DNA of 64,000 nucleotides from Octopus sinensis (lineage: Eukaryota): NCBI RefSeq assembly GCF_006345805.1, contig NC_043005.1, positions 3,782,001 through 3,846,000 of the forward strand. The letters are read 5' to 3'. Position numbers and translations under genes: made by a program. How positions within the stretch are numbered: the first letter of the stretch is position 1; every line of letters begins with the position of its first letter. This document shows, one piece after another, positions 51,380-64,000 of the stretch. The notes under the pieces were generated by a model that was not told the DNA's origin, did no database searches, and worked only from the letters and a program-made list of their open reading frames with translations.

Positions 51380-52860
51380 TAATTTGAAGACTGCCTGCCA
51401 TGCTAACATTGACAACCCAAATTTCCTGAACTAATGGAAAGTTTTCTTAGAACAGTGCCTCAATATCCTCGTTAATCTTGCATGCCAAAACTCTCATCTT
51501 TCCATGAATTCAGAGATGCTGTCAAAAAGATGAAATGAAGGATGTTCCCTGGTCCAGATAATATTCCTCTAGAACTCATCACAAATGGTGGTCAGTCTTT
51601 TCAACCTTGTTTTAGAAATGTGGGAGACCCAAATCTAAAGAATGCCTTCATTGTTCACTCTTTAAGAAAGGAGTCTGCAGCAATTGTGAAAACTACCATG
51701 GCATGTCTCCTCTCTACATCTTAGGAAAAATCTTTGTCAGAATACTGCTTGACCATCTTCTAGTTATCTTGGAGAAAATGTTGCTGGAATCTCAATATGA
51801 ATTTCAAGCTTTCAGGGGAACGGTTGACATTGAATTCTGTGCAAAACAGCTCCTGGAAGAGTACAAAGAACAACAAAATTCTCTTTTGTTGGTTTTCTAT
51901 GATCTCAAGATGGTTTATGACATTGTATAAGGTCCAACTATGTGGATGATCCTGAAGTGGTTCAGTTGCCCTGATCATTTTGTAACGCTCTTCCAGGCAT
52001 TCCTCTGGGTACTCAACAATAGCATAGCATCACAGGTAACATATCAAAACAAAATGTCAGATTTCTTGATCACCAACAGCTTAAAGCAGGGACATGTACT
52101 AACCACAGCTTTGTTCTCCCTGTACATTGTAGCCATGGCTCTATGAAATTCTACCCAACAACCCCAGTGGAAGGATCAAGTACCATTTTGATGATGGACT
52201 CTACAATCATTCTAGACTTCAATCACAAAGACCAACCAATGGCGTTTGTGTCACACAACTGCAGTTTGCCGATGATGATGCTTTGTCAGCTCATTCACCC
52301 CCCAAAATGCAAGAGTTGGTCAACTACTTCAAAAATGCATGAGATCACTTTGGCCTGACAATCAACATCTAGAAGACCAAAACACTTGCACAACCTGCTC
52401 CAAACTTAATCCTTCCAGATTTCAACATTGCTATCTCTGACACACCATTGGAACAAGTAAACCAGTTCTCATACCTTGGAACCATCCTCTCCATACTGTG
52501 TAACTCTACTCCGGGAAAGATGACTAAAAGAGGATCCAAGCTGCATGTGTCGCTTTTGGAAAACTCTTTCATCGTGTTTTTGGAAACAAGATCCTGAAAC
52601 TACAAAATACACCCACGGCGAACCAGGCTGAAGTTGTTTCTACTTTACTCTACGGTTGTGACATGTGCACTTGTTGGGACATCTGCCAACTTGAATGGCT
52701 TGGATTAATTATGAACACTGATTAATTATGAGCGTCAAATGGGAGGACTATGTCAAAAAAGTCCTTGACAGGGTTAAAGTCAACAGAATTGAGGCCTTCA
52801 GCATCGAACACCACAACAGGTGGGCAGGCCATGTCCACAACGATTATATACACATGTTTT
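51380..52860 (+). mobile_element. Decayed RTE (BovB-like) reverse transcriptase
   Basis: PGPDNIPLEL, ILGKIFVRILL, FYDLKMVYD, LKQGHVL, QFADDDAL and FGLTINI in shifting frames. Confidence 0.85.
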
Positions 52861-53196
52861 GATGCAGGTCAGCATCAGCTGACCTGCATCATGATTTTAT
52901 GCAAAAAGTAAATGACAAGAGAAAATTATTATTAACTGAAATGGTTCTATTTTTATCATTACGAAGTAAGATTATAAATTTCTTTGAGTTGTTGTACACA
53001 GATTATTTGCCATTCTCTAATCCATTCTGTAATCCATTCTGTAGGTTGTTCAGATCATCTTTTGTTGACTGTTAAGAGAATGGATGGAAGAAGTGAGAGG
53101 GAAAGAGTAAAAGAATCAACCTATCTGAGATGACCAGTAGAGAGGATGAAAGCTGTGCAGTCTCTCACATGAGGTGCTTCTTCTGTCAGTGCCAAA

Positions 53197-53229
<33 letters not shown>

Positions 53230-53654
53230 CTATCTCATGCCAGCATGGAACAATGATTACACACACACAAAATGTACATGTATACATATATGTGTGTTTG
53301 TGTGAGTATGTATGCATTCACATTTATTTAGGGCAAGAGAGAAAGAGAGAGAGAGAGAGAGAGAACGTCAGTGGAGAGACAAAAGAGGTGGAGTTAGAGG
53401 AGAAGGTCAAAAGTCGGTGAAGAGTGATGTGAGAAGACTGTCCCAGTTAAATCATTTCCCACACTTAAAAACAGCCACACTCAAAATCCCGCCTTTTCTA
53501 TGAGTCATTTGACTTGTTTTGAACTTGGTCATTACTCAAAATGACACTCATTTATGCTTTTGAGGAATGAATAATGAATAATGAATAATGAATGGGCTTT
53601 CTTCCTCATTCTGGTTTATTAAAAGACATGTCTCCGAATATGCACTGTGTAATT

Positions 53655-53753
<99 letters not shown>

Positions 53754-53789
53754 ATATATATATATAAGAATTAACAGAATGAATTAAAA

Positions 53790-54185
53790 TCCAAGGCTCT
53801 GAAAGATTTCAGAACATTTATAAATAGAAGGTCTTACAGCTGTTTCCGGGATATTTTATATATCCCTTCATCAGAGACGGTGTGAGAAAATGGTTAAGCA
53901 ATAGTTATTCTAGATATGAAACAGAGAGTGAAGTGGAGGAATGAAAAATCTTACAGGAATCTTATATGTATACCATTCTGCCTAAATAATGGAACTGAAG
54001 ATACAATATCCCTGCATATCCCACATCTATTTTCATTCCTCCACTCTCTATTTCATATCTAGAATATCTATTGCTTAACCATTTTCCCACACCGTCTCCG
54101 ATGAAGGGACATATAAAATATCCCAGAAACAGCTGTAAGACCTATTTATAAATGTTCTGAAATCTTTCACAGCCTTGGATTTTTA
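53790..54185. mobile_element. Fold-back of a Penelope-type terminal repeat with hammerheads in both arms
   Basis: ~53790-53945 is the reverse complement of ~54030-54185. Confidence 0.75.
53831..53878 (-). ncRNA. Minimal type-I hammerhead ribozyme motif, intact core
   Basis: GUCU-CUGAUGA-A-GGGAUAU-AUAAA-AUAUCCC-G-GAA-ACAGCUGU-A-AGAC; palindromic helix III; GUA triplet. Confidence 0.65.
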
Positions 54186-54410
54186 TCTCATTTTGTTAGT
54201 TTTTCTATATATACACATGCTGATATATGACCAACGTTGGACTCCTCATTCACATAAATAATCACCACACCTGGAGCTTAACTATGGTCTGTCCATAGCA
54301 CTTACTCAGCATTACTTGATACCTTTGGGTCTTCTTGACATCATTACCTCTCATAACCTATACATATATATATATATATGATGATGATGGTGATGATGAT
54401 GATGATGATG

Positions 54411-54458
<48 letters not shown>

Positions 54459-56853
54459 CAGAGAGACAGACAGGTAGACAAATAGATAAAAGTAGATATG
54501 GCCAGTCTATGATTACAGATGTGGTTGCCAAGACCCTCAGAGGAAAACCACACATCTGATATCAGATATCTTTTATGAAATTTTGGTATATCACTGTCTC
54601 ATTTCTGGTTTATATCATAATTTATTTCCATCTTTTGGAACAATTTACTTTTACTTTTTTCTACAATGCTAAGCTGCATGTTAACTCTGTTGAGACTTAT
54701 GGGCAACCGATAATATCTGTCTGTCTGTCTGTCTCTCTCTCTATTTACCAGTCTATCTACATGTCTCTCTCTCTATATATATATGTTGTGTGTGTGTGTG
54801 TGTGTGTGTGTGCATGCATGAATGTGTGTGCATGCATGAATGTGTGTGCGTGCATGCATGTGTGTGTATGTGCAAGTGCCTCCTAAAATGAAATATTATT
54901 GGCAGGACCTTCCAAGAAGCATCAATCATAGAAAAACCGGTTCCAATAAGCTTAGAAAAAAAAAACTGAACATTAAAACAGTATTTTCACTTTCAGTTGT
55001 AACCAGAAGCTGTGTGTGAGTGTGTGTGTGTGTGTGTGTGTGCGTCAGTTACCATGGAAAAATAAATTGATTGGTTTTATAAAATGAAAGTACATTGCAA
55101 TAGAAACTGAAAGTGACAACAGTGACACACCATAATTTCCTAGAAAAACCTTTGGCTGATATTCAATGGGTGGGTTTCCTTCGTGGGTCTCAGATACTTC
55201 TAGACTTATGAGGCATTTCTTTTATTCTTTTTTTCTTTTATTCATTTCAGCCATTTGACTGTGGCCATGTTGGAGCACTGCTTTTACTCAAACAAACCAA
55301 CCCCAGGATTTATTCTTTGTAAGCCTAGTACTTATTTTATCGGTCTGTTTTGCTGAACTGCTAACATATGGGGACATAAACACACCAGCATCGGCTGTCA
55401 AGCGATATTGGGGGGGGGGACACACACATACATACATACATACATATATGTATGTATGTATATATATAGATATATACGATGTGCTCTTTCAGTTTCCATC
55501 TACCAAATCCACTCACAAGGCTTTGGTCGGCCTGAGGCTATAGTAGAAGACACTTGGCCAAGGTGCCATGCAGTGGGACTGAACCCAGAACCATGAGACA
55601 ACAGGAAATTACAGGATGTCAGTGTCATCACTTCTGGCATCAAGTGCAATATACTTTCATTTTCTTAAGAACAATTTACTTTCACTATTTTGTGGCGGGG
55701 GGGCTAAGCTGTGTGTGTGTGTGTGTGTATTTACATATAGACTAATATTCTTGAGGCATGGAAATATTTAACTTCAAATGTATGAATGCATACAAATATT
55801 TAACTTCAAATGTATGAATGCATACATCACGTATAGATTCACTCACTTACTACCTCCCCTTCACTCCTCCCTTTCACTATTATTTGTATTATATTTGCAA
55901 TGAATATTTTTAAATATTAGCAAGCCTAGCTGTGAGAGAAACAAAAAAAATGTAAATACATTCTTTCTATGCTTATGCAGAAACAAAGAGTGGGGGGGGG
56001 GGAGTCTCATGGCAGACTATTTTATAGTTCCTTAACAGCTCCTCACAGTTTTCTTTTGCAATCAATAACATAGAACCTTCTGCTCCTATTTAAAGCAACC
56101 ATAAATTAGACTATCACTGTAGTGGATAGTTTAATTTGTATTTTTGTGCTTTTGATAGCACATCATTAATTAACCAATATTTATTGCATGCACAGCAAAC
56201 ACCAGTAAGGTTTAAATAAATTTAAGTATTACAAATCACAGCTGTAGATGAAATAGGAATATGAAAAATATTCTCTTGTGCTTAAGATGTGACCAAGAAA
56301 AACACTCAGAATGTTAAATATATAAGCATGTGTAGATAGGAGAGCTATGCTTACATTTTCATAATTCTGCCACAGCTAGGCTTTCTAATATTTAAATTTA
56401 TTTGGAATCTTGGCTTGTACTGTATCATGAAGTGTGTGTGTGAGTGCGCGCGCGCGCATATACACACACGTTATCAATAATAATAATAATGATAGGAGTG
56501 AAGTTTAACAGTTAATTACAGGTGTATTTTTACCTGATACTTCTAACACTGGTAAAAGTATATTCTTTTCTACTGTAGGCACAAGACACGAAATTTCTGG
56601 GCAAGCGACCAGTCGATTAGATCGATCCCAGTACGCAACTGGTACTTAATTTATCGATCCCGAAAGGATGAAAGGCAAAGTCGACCTCGGCGGAAATTGA
56701 ACTCAATCACCAGCATTATCATATGACAATGCTATCATTGGTAGAGACTGAACAAGGGAAGTAAATGCAAGGAGATTTATCTCCCTTCGAAGAACAGAAA
56801 AAAAAAGAGGTGAGGAGGGGGTTGAGAAAGAAAGACAGAAACAGAGAGGGAAA

Positions 56854-56897
<44 letters not shown>

Positions 56898-57879
56898 GAT
56901 ATATTACCAACAATATTCAAAGTTCGTACAAAATGTGTATCTTATGTATGTATGTGTGTGTGTATGCATGTATGTATGTATGCATGAATGAAAGTATGTA
57001 TTGATGAATATATGTATGTAGGTAGATAGTATGCAGACAGGTGTATGTATGTATGTACAAATGTATGCATTTATGCATATATGTGTAAGCATGTGTGTAT
57101 ATGTAGTTGTATGTGTATGTACATATATATGCTGTTGTGTGTGTGTGTGTATGTGTCTTTGGGATTTTGTCATTTTAGAATTCAAAGCTGGTCATGAATA
57201 GATTGGCCAGGTTCTTTTGTTTACCTCAAGACAATTCTTTGGGTTTTTGGGTACCTGGAATGGTTAATGTATACGCAAATATGTGTGTATTGTGTTTATG
57301 TGTGCATGCAGTGGATAAACATATGCTCCTGGAGTGGGTCACATCAGAAGACAAATATACGTGCTTCGTTATTGGTGTTAGGAAGGGCATCCAGCTGTAG
57401 AAACACTGCCAGATAAGACTGGAGCCTGGTGCAGCCTCCTGGCTTCCCAGATCCCCGGTCGAACCGTCCAACCCATGCTAGCATGGAGAACGGACGTTAA
57501 ACGATGATGATGATGATTGTTTCTGGCCATATGTACATGTGAGTGTGTGCCCTGCATTCAAACCAGGAACCCCAGAGGGAGAATCCCTGGAATGTTTTAC
57601 AAAGACTGTCTTCTGTATCGTAACTGATTGTATTTGCCGAATGTGAATCAGTCTGTTGTGTTTTTCTTGGAGAAACCCCAGATTTCTAGGTTTTTATGCA
57701 GATTTGCTGTTACATAGTTCAGTACCAACTATGATAATGGGAACAAAGGAAAAATTATAGCTTGGATATAAATGGATATAAGGGTTACAGTTTATCTGTG
57801 AGTGTGTGGTCTCTTCTATTTTTTAATTATTATAAATCTTCCACTGAGGAGGGAGTTGGTTTCCAACAAAGATATAGGG

Positions 57880-58430
57880 TTCCTATGTATGTCTGTATGT
57901 ATGTATGTATGTACGTACGTACATATGTATGTATGATGATGTATATATGCATGATGATGTATGTATGTATGATGATGTCTGTATGTATGTATGTATGTAG
58001 GTAGGTAGGTAGGTATGTGTGTATATATATATTATGTAGGTATGTCTGTCTGTATGTATGTATGATGATGTCTGTCTGTCTGTATGTACGTATTTATGCA
58101 TATATGTGTATGAATGTGTGTGTGTGTGTATGTAAGTAGGTATGTCTGTATGTAGGTAAGTCTGTCTGTCTGTAAGTATGTATTTATACATAAATGTGTA
58201 CAAATGTGTGTGTGTATGTATTTTTGTATATATGTATGTACTTAGCTATGTGTGTATGTATTTATGTATGTGTATGCATGCATGCATATATGTGTATGCA
58301 TGTACGAATGTATGTCTATTTATGCGCGTGTGTATTTGTGTATGTAAGTAATGTTGTGTAATGCCTGTATGTGTGCACATGTGAATGGATGCTCATATTT
58401 GCATATTATGTATGCATGTATCTATGTGTA
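57880..58430. repeat. Long degenerate (TATG/TCTG)n simple repeat
   Basis: Direct reading. Confidence 0.9.
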
Positions 58431-61400
58431 AGTTCCCACGGAAATAAACATACACTGCATTAGTGTGTGTATATATCACCACCACCACCACCACCACCAA
58501 CATTATCATTACCATCACCATCATCACCATCATCACCATCATCACCACTTGCTGCTCAATAACTCAGTTATTGCCAAGAGGCAGGCATTGAAGAGCGAAC
58601 AGACTTCAAAGGAAACTTCTTCCAAAATGACGTCATGGCACTAAACTTCTTCACCATTAGGTGACTCCGAATGGCAATCAGGTTGGAACCATTGTAGAAT
58701 GGATTTAGAATGAATGCTGTGGGTCACGCTTAAGGAGAAATCTCTTGATGTGCATAGAGAAGTATATTGATTTCTTCATGTACGTGCGTGGGTCTATATA
58801 CATACATATATTATGTATATTTGTGTATATATACACATGTATAATCCCCCCACTCCCACCACACATATAAATATATATTTTTAGTGCAGAAACTGGTCCA
58901 CGTGAGTCCAAATATTTAAATGTACGTTAGGAGATTTTATTAACCTGATCTGCCTTTGGTTGATTTCTGTAGCTATCATCAATGTATTTTGGCAATTTAA
59001 ATAAGAGCTTTGGTTGTTATTTCTAGCAGGTAGACATGCTTAATATGTCCTTTGATTAATTTTAATCCTTCAGCTATTTAATGCTTATTTTGGGGTCTGC
59101 AATCGCCTATATTATTGATTCTGCTATCATTTTTTAGAATAGTCATTCCAGATGATAACAAAATTAATGATATCTTAGCAAATTAATTTTTTGAGAATTA
59201 TTTTTCTCATGAATTGTTTGCCCTTCTATTGATTGTATATAAATATATATTTATTTGTGCGCATATATATGTATATAGATATGTGTGTGTGTGTATGTAT
59301 GTATATATTTATGTATGTATGTAAATATATATATATGTATATACATACATATATATTTATGTGCAAGCATGGCTGTGCTGTAAGAAGTGTTCTTCCCAAC
59401 CACAAAGTTCCAGGTTCCTTTTGCTGAACTGCTAAGCTACGGGGGACATAAACACATCAACACTAGTTGTCAAGTGGTGGTGGCAGACAAACAGACACAA
59501 ACACACACACGCCCACCCACCCACTTTTCTTTACATCTGTACTGAGCATTCTTATTGTTTAATTCACATAAATTCTTCAACACCATGCTAGCACTAACAT
59601 GCTACCTTTAAGATAGCATGTTGGCACATATTGCAAAACCACTTCATATTATCTCAAAAATGAAATTCATATTACCAATTACTTATTACTGTAAAACTGT
59701 CCCTCTTAGTTATACTCTCTATTTCATTCTTTTACTGTCTTCCTCTCTTTTCATCAAACCGATGTCATCATTTCTGTTCACTGGCTTTGTGGAATATCAG
59801 GTGTTTGCACCTGATATTGCTGCCGTGTGTGCAGACAATGCAACCCAGCTGAGTGAAGAGATCCACTCTCGGTAGTTCACACATGTACTTTATATAAAAC
59901 ATATATTTTATAGAATTTCCAAAGTGCAGATTCCAAGGTAGGTGAATAAGATATGAGTTACAAAGACGTACAGGTGTCAATTCATTACGGCCGTTTCAAG
60001 CAATTCCTTTAATTGATTAATGAAAACCTTTACATCATTTGAAAGAAACTGTTCTCATCAGATGACCGCATGGGCTTCAAACACAAGGGATAAAAACCAA
60101 TGCTTTGCCATATTCACATCAATAAGGGAACGCAAAATATTTACATTGTTTCTGTTATCATATCTCTGGCAGAAAATATCAACATCATCATCATCATCAT
60201 TAACACCACCATCACCATCATCAGTTAACCTCCGTACAACATGCTGGCATGGGTTGGATGGTTTCACAGGAGCTGACAAGCCAGAGAGCTGCACTGGATA
60301 CCAGGTCATCTGTTTTGGCATGGTTTCCACCACTGGATGCCCTTCTTAACAATCAAACCCTTTACAAAGTGTACTGGGTGCTTTTATGTGGTGTCGGCGG
60401 AGGCACGTTTTGTGTGGTGCCGGCACGTGCTTTTTATGAGGCGCCTGCATGGGTACTTCTTACGTGACACCAGCACGTGCGCCTTTTATGTGGTTGCAAC
60501 ACAGGTGCTTTTTTTATGTGGTATTGAAAGCATGTGTGGGTGGGGGTAGGTTGTGAAGGAGGAACATGATCCCTTTTGTTCATTTCCAAGCATTTTTCCC
60601 AATTTTGTGGTAAAAAAAAAGATCTTTTATTTTCTTGCTGCTAATTCCTTTGCAGCTAGAACTTTTGACAAAAGCTTTTCTAACTCTGTTCACTTCCAAA
60701 ACTCTTTTGTTGACCGAATGTTGTGCATTTGTGTGTGCATATGTGTGTGAGTGTGTGTGTGTATGAGTGAGTGTGTGTGTATGTGTATGTGTGTATGTGT
60801 GTGTGTGTGTGTGTGTGCATGCATGTGTGAGTGTATGTGTGTGTGTGTGTGTGTGTGCTTGTTTGTATTCATAAATTTTTCTTTTTAAAATTGAACTGTA
60901 CATGAATAGATTGAGCTGAACTTATAAACCTTCGAGAGAGGGGGGAGAAAGAGAGAGAAAAAAGAGAGAAAGAGAGAGAGAGAGAGAGGAGAAAGAGAGA
61001 GAGGAGAGAGAGAAAGAGAGAGAGAGGAAGAGAGAGAGAGAGAGAGATGTGGGTCATCCTGCATTGTGCAGAAGCGTTAAAAACCATAAAAATAACTGAG
61101 TGAAATAATCGCAAACTAGAAGCCATTTCCTTATTGTGATGTGAAGGTCTTTTTCAGCCAGGGTGGAGGATACGATTATGAGAAGTCTTTTTAGCCAGGG
61201 TGGAGGATACGATTATGAGAAGAGAAGCATGTGTCTTTGTCGTTTCTTTTCTCATTGAAATAAATGAAATATGAAATCAGAGGTTTTTTGATAAACACAC
61301 ACACACATACACATGCACAAACACACATCACACATATACATCATCCACATACATGCACACACATACATCACACACACACACATTTATCATTCCAATAAGT

Positions 61401-62278
61401 ATACGTACATTCCCATATTTTTTATCTTCAAACATTTGGCACAGATTTGTTTGTTTTTGCTTTTGTTTGTCTCTTAATCTTCTCGTTACAGTTGATAGCA
61501 CTGTTATTAGTTTAGATTAATTCTCTTTTTGACTTTGTATCCCGTCTTCCACATTACTTTCACTTCAATCACATTATTTCAGAAGTGAATGGTAACAAGT
61601 GATTTGATTGGTTGAAAATATTGAATTAATCTGGTTTTGATCAAACACTACCATATTGATGTGACAACTGACTCCATTTCACTTCTGCACTTCAATGTTT
61701 ACATTCAGTATAAATATAAAGACAATGCAGTTAGCGAATTCTTACACTTAGTATTTAAGAATTTTCTCAGCTGCACAACGATGAGAGGACATTCAACAGA
61801 AGCACTGTAAAGGTTAGCTACCCTTGTTATGAGTAGTTTACCTCATTGGAAAACCATATTAGGAAAAGACTTTCTGAATCCAATGAAAATGAATGATAAC
61901 CTAAATGTATTTCCATAGACTCCAGTAACTGCCCACATAATGGATATTGCTTGACCAAAGTAGTGCCAAAATCCAAGTGTCAATAACAGACTTATATACC
62001 AAAGTATATAAGTATGGGCAACACAAGATATTACTTGCACAAGTATTCACTTAAATATCAAGGGCAATAGACCCTCAATGAGTCTATCTAAAGACATATG
62101 GTGTTGGTTTGTTTACATCCCCGTAACTTAGTGGTTTAGCAAAGGAGACCAGCACTAAACTTAAAACAAAATTTAAGTACTGGGGATGATTTGTTCAACT
62201 AATGCCTTCAAGCCAGAATGACCATAGTCCAAGTGGCCACTTATTCTATCAGTATCTTTTGCTGAACTACTAAGTTAT

Positions 62279-63054
62279 GGTTCTAGGTAAATTCCACCAG
62301 GTAAATTTCACCAGAAGTAAATTTCACTATGGTATATTCCACCATGGTAAATTCCACTCATGGACAGACTTCCAATATAAGCTGCTCCTGTTAATAATCA
62401 CCGTGGTCAGTTTCTTTAGACAGTGGGTCAATACCTATGTTATTTAATCTGTCTGTCTCTCAAGTCTTAAGAAGAGAGAGAGAGAGAGAAAATAATCATT
62501 ATAATCTACTTGAACTGAGATGGGATCGCTTCGATGTGCTCACACTGAGCAAGAATTTATGAAAAGACTTGCTACAAAATTTCAAAATTTAAGCACACAT
62601 TTTATTATAACAGTGAGGACATTGTGAAGCAGAGTTAGGATAAGAAAGTTTTGATTTGTTTTTGAAAAAATTTCTTAAGACAAATTGTGTGCAACACTTC
62701 TTCAAAATTGCAGAGGATTTTCATTTTGATATTCCTGAACTGGCTTCTTCAGTCATGCATCAATAATTTGATAGGTCCTTTTCTTGTTGTTGAATGAAGT
62801 TGTTTCTGTCTTGTAAATACTGTAAAACATTCTTATCTCTCTTTGAGTTTTTGCTTTGTTTAACAAGTTTCAATGAGTCTCTTTCTCATCCTGCTTCATC
62901 CCCATTCAGCTGTTAACTTTGTATTCCCCGTCGGTTTCTTCGTCTGGTTGTTCCTTAATTATTTTTCCTCCCTCCTATTTTTTTTTGTATTCATTCATAT
63001 TAATATTATTTTTTATGCATTCTTTTTTACTTTCATAATATCATAACCCACATA

Positions 63055-63089
<35 letters not shown>

Positions 63090-63154
63090 AATTTCACCTA
63101 TGGTGAAATTTACCATAGTGGTGGAATATACTGTGGTGGAATTTACCAGTCACC
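62279..63154 (-). mobile_element. Non-autonomous Mutator-like (MULE) DNA transposon
   Basis: Inverted termini with repeated GTAWATTYCAC units; 8-bp TSD TAAGTTAT/TAAGTTAC; minus-frame remnant KKRTYQIIDA*LKKPVQEYQNENPLQF*RSVAHNLS* resembles animal MULE C-termini. Confidence 0.6.
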
Positions 63155-63238
63155 TAAGTTACAGGAATATAAACAAACCAACACCAGTTGTCAAGCAGTG
63201 GTGAATGACAAACATAGACACAAAGACACACACATATA

Positions 63239-63400
63239 TCATCATCATCATCATTTAACGTCCACTTTCCATGCTGGCATGGGTTGGACAGTTGGACTGA
63301 GAGCTGGCAAGTCAGAAGGCTGTACCAGGCTCCAATCTGATCTGGCAGTGTTTCTACAGCTGGATGCCCTTCCTAATGCCAACCACTCCGAGAGTGTAAT
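63239..63400 (-). mobile_element. RTE 3' fragment inserted in the microsatellite of a minus-strand CORE SINE
   Basis: SINE sequence resumes at ~63400-63575. Confidence 0.75.
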
Positions 63401-63879
63401 ATATACATACAACAAGCTTCTTTTAGTTTCCACCTACCAAATCCATGCTCAAGGCTTTGGTTGGTCTGAGGCTATAGTAGATGACACTTGCTCAAGGTGA
63501 TAAACAGTGGGATTGAACCCAGAACCATGTGGTTGGGAAGTAAGCTTCTTACCACACAGCCTTGCCTGCACCTATATCTAAAAGAATACTAAAACAGGAT
63601 GGTCGTAGCTGGAACATCTTTGATCATAGGTCTGCTCGATCGGGGCTAGCCTGGTATTAAACAACAACAACAACAACAACAACATTAGGATCTGTTAAGG
63701 TGGGGTGGGGGCAGTGAGCCGGGATATGCTGAAGTATTTTGGAATGGTGAATAATTTCCCTAATGTTTCCCAGACCCCAACAACGCTAATCGTGGGAAAG
63801 TTCACCCTAAAGTCACAAAGTTGAAATTAATGACCAATTCACAATTCTATCTTCACAGCATCTTTAATGAGTTAAATAA

Positions 63880-64000
63880 AATTAGCAGTTGTTGCTGCTG
63901 GAAGTTGTTGTTGGTGGTGGTGGTGGTGATGGTGGTGGTGGTGATGGTGGTGGTGGTGGTGGTGAAGTTGGTGGTGGTGATGGTGGTGGCAGTGGTTGTT
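63880..64000. repeat. (GGT/GTT/GAT)n trinucleotide repeat running off the window end
   Basis: Direct reading. Confidence 0.9.

Overview
Eukaryotic, AT-rich, repeat-dominated window with no confidently recognisable host protein-coding gene, rRNA, true tRNA or CRISPR array. The repeat families (a (GAT)n-tailed RTE LINE, CORE-type tRNA SINEs, abundant TA/CA microsatellites) match what I recall from Octopus genomes, so an octopod intron or intergenic region is inferred, not proven. The largest element is a near-full-length, recently inactivated CR1-clade LINE (39.1-42.8 kb, minus strand), with a ~98% identical 5'-truncated sibling at 0.7-1.2 kb. There are many RTE pieces, decayed mariner, Tc1, maT (DD37D), hAT and MULE remnants, MITEs, and two CpG-retaining promoter-like islands (~16.6-17.6 kb, ~44.1-45.35 kb). 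Best leads: (1) three different minimal type-I hammerhead-ribozyme repeat families, two arranged as fold-backs and one fused behind a tRNA-derived Pol III head; (2) a canonical -1 slippery heptamer G-GGA-AAC at the ORF1 stop of the CR1, whose ORF2 has no AUG ahead of the endonuclease; (3) recurrent RTE insertion into (TA)n tracts, producing closely spaced inverted pairs (potential dsRNA/ADAR substrates); (4) five CCAAT boxes phased at ~3 helical turns. All calls were made by eye without database searches; boundaries of decayed repeats are approximate.
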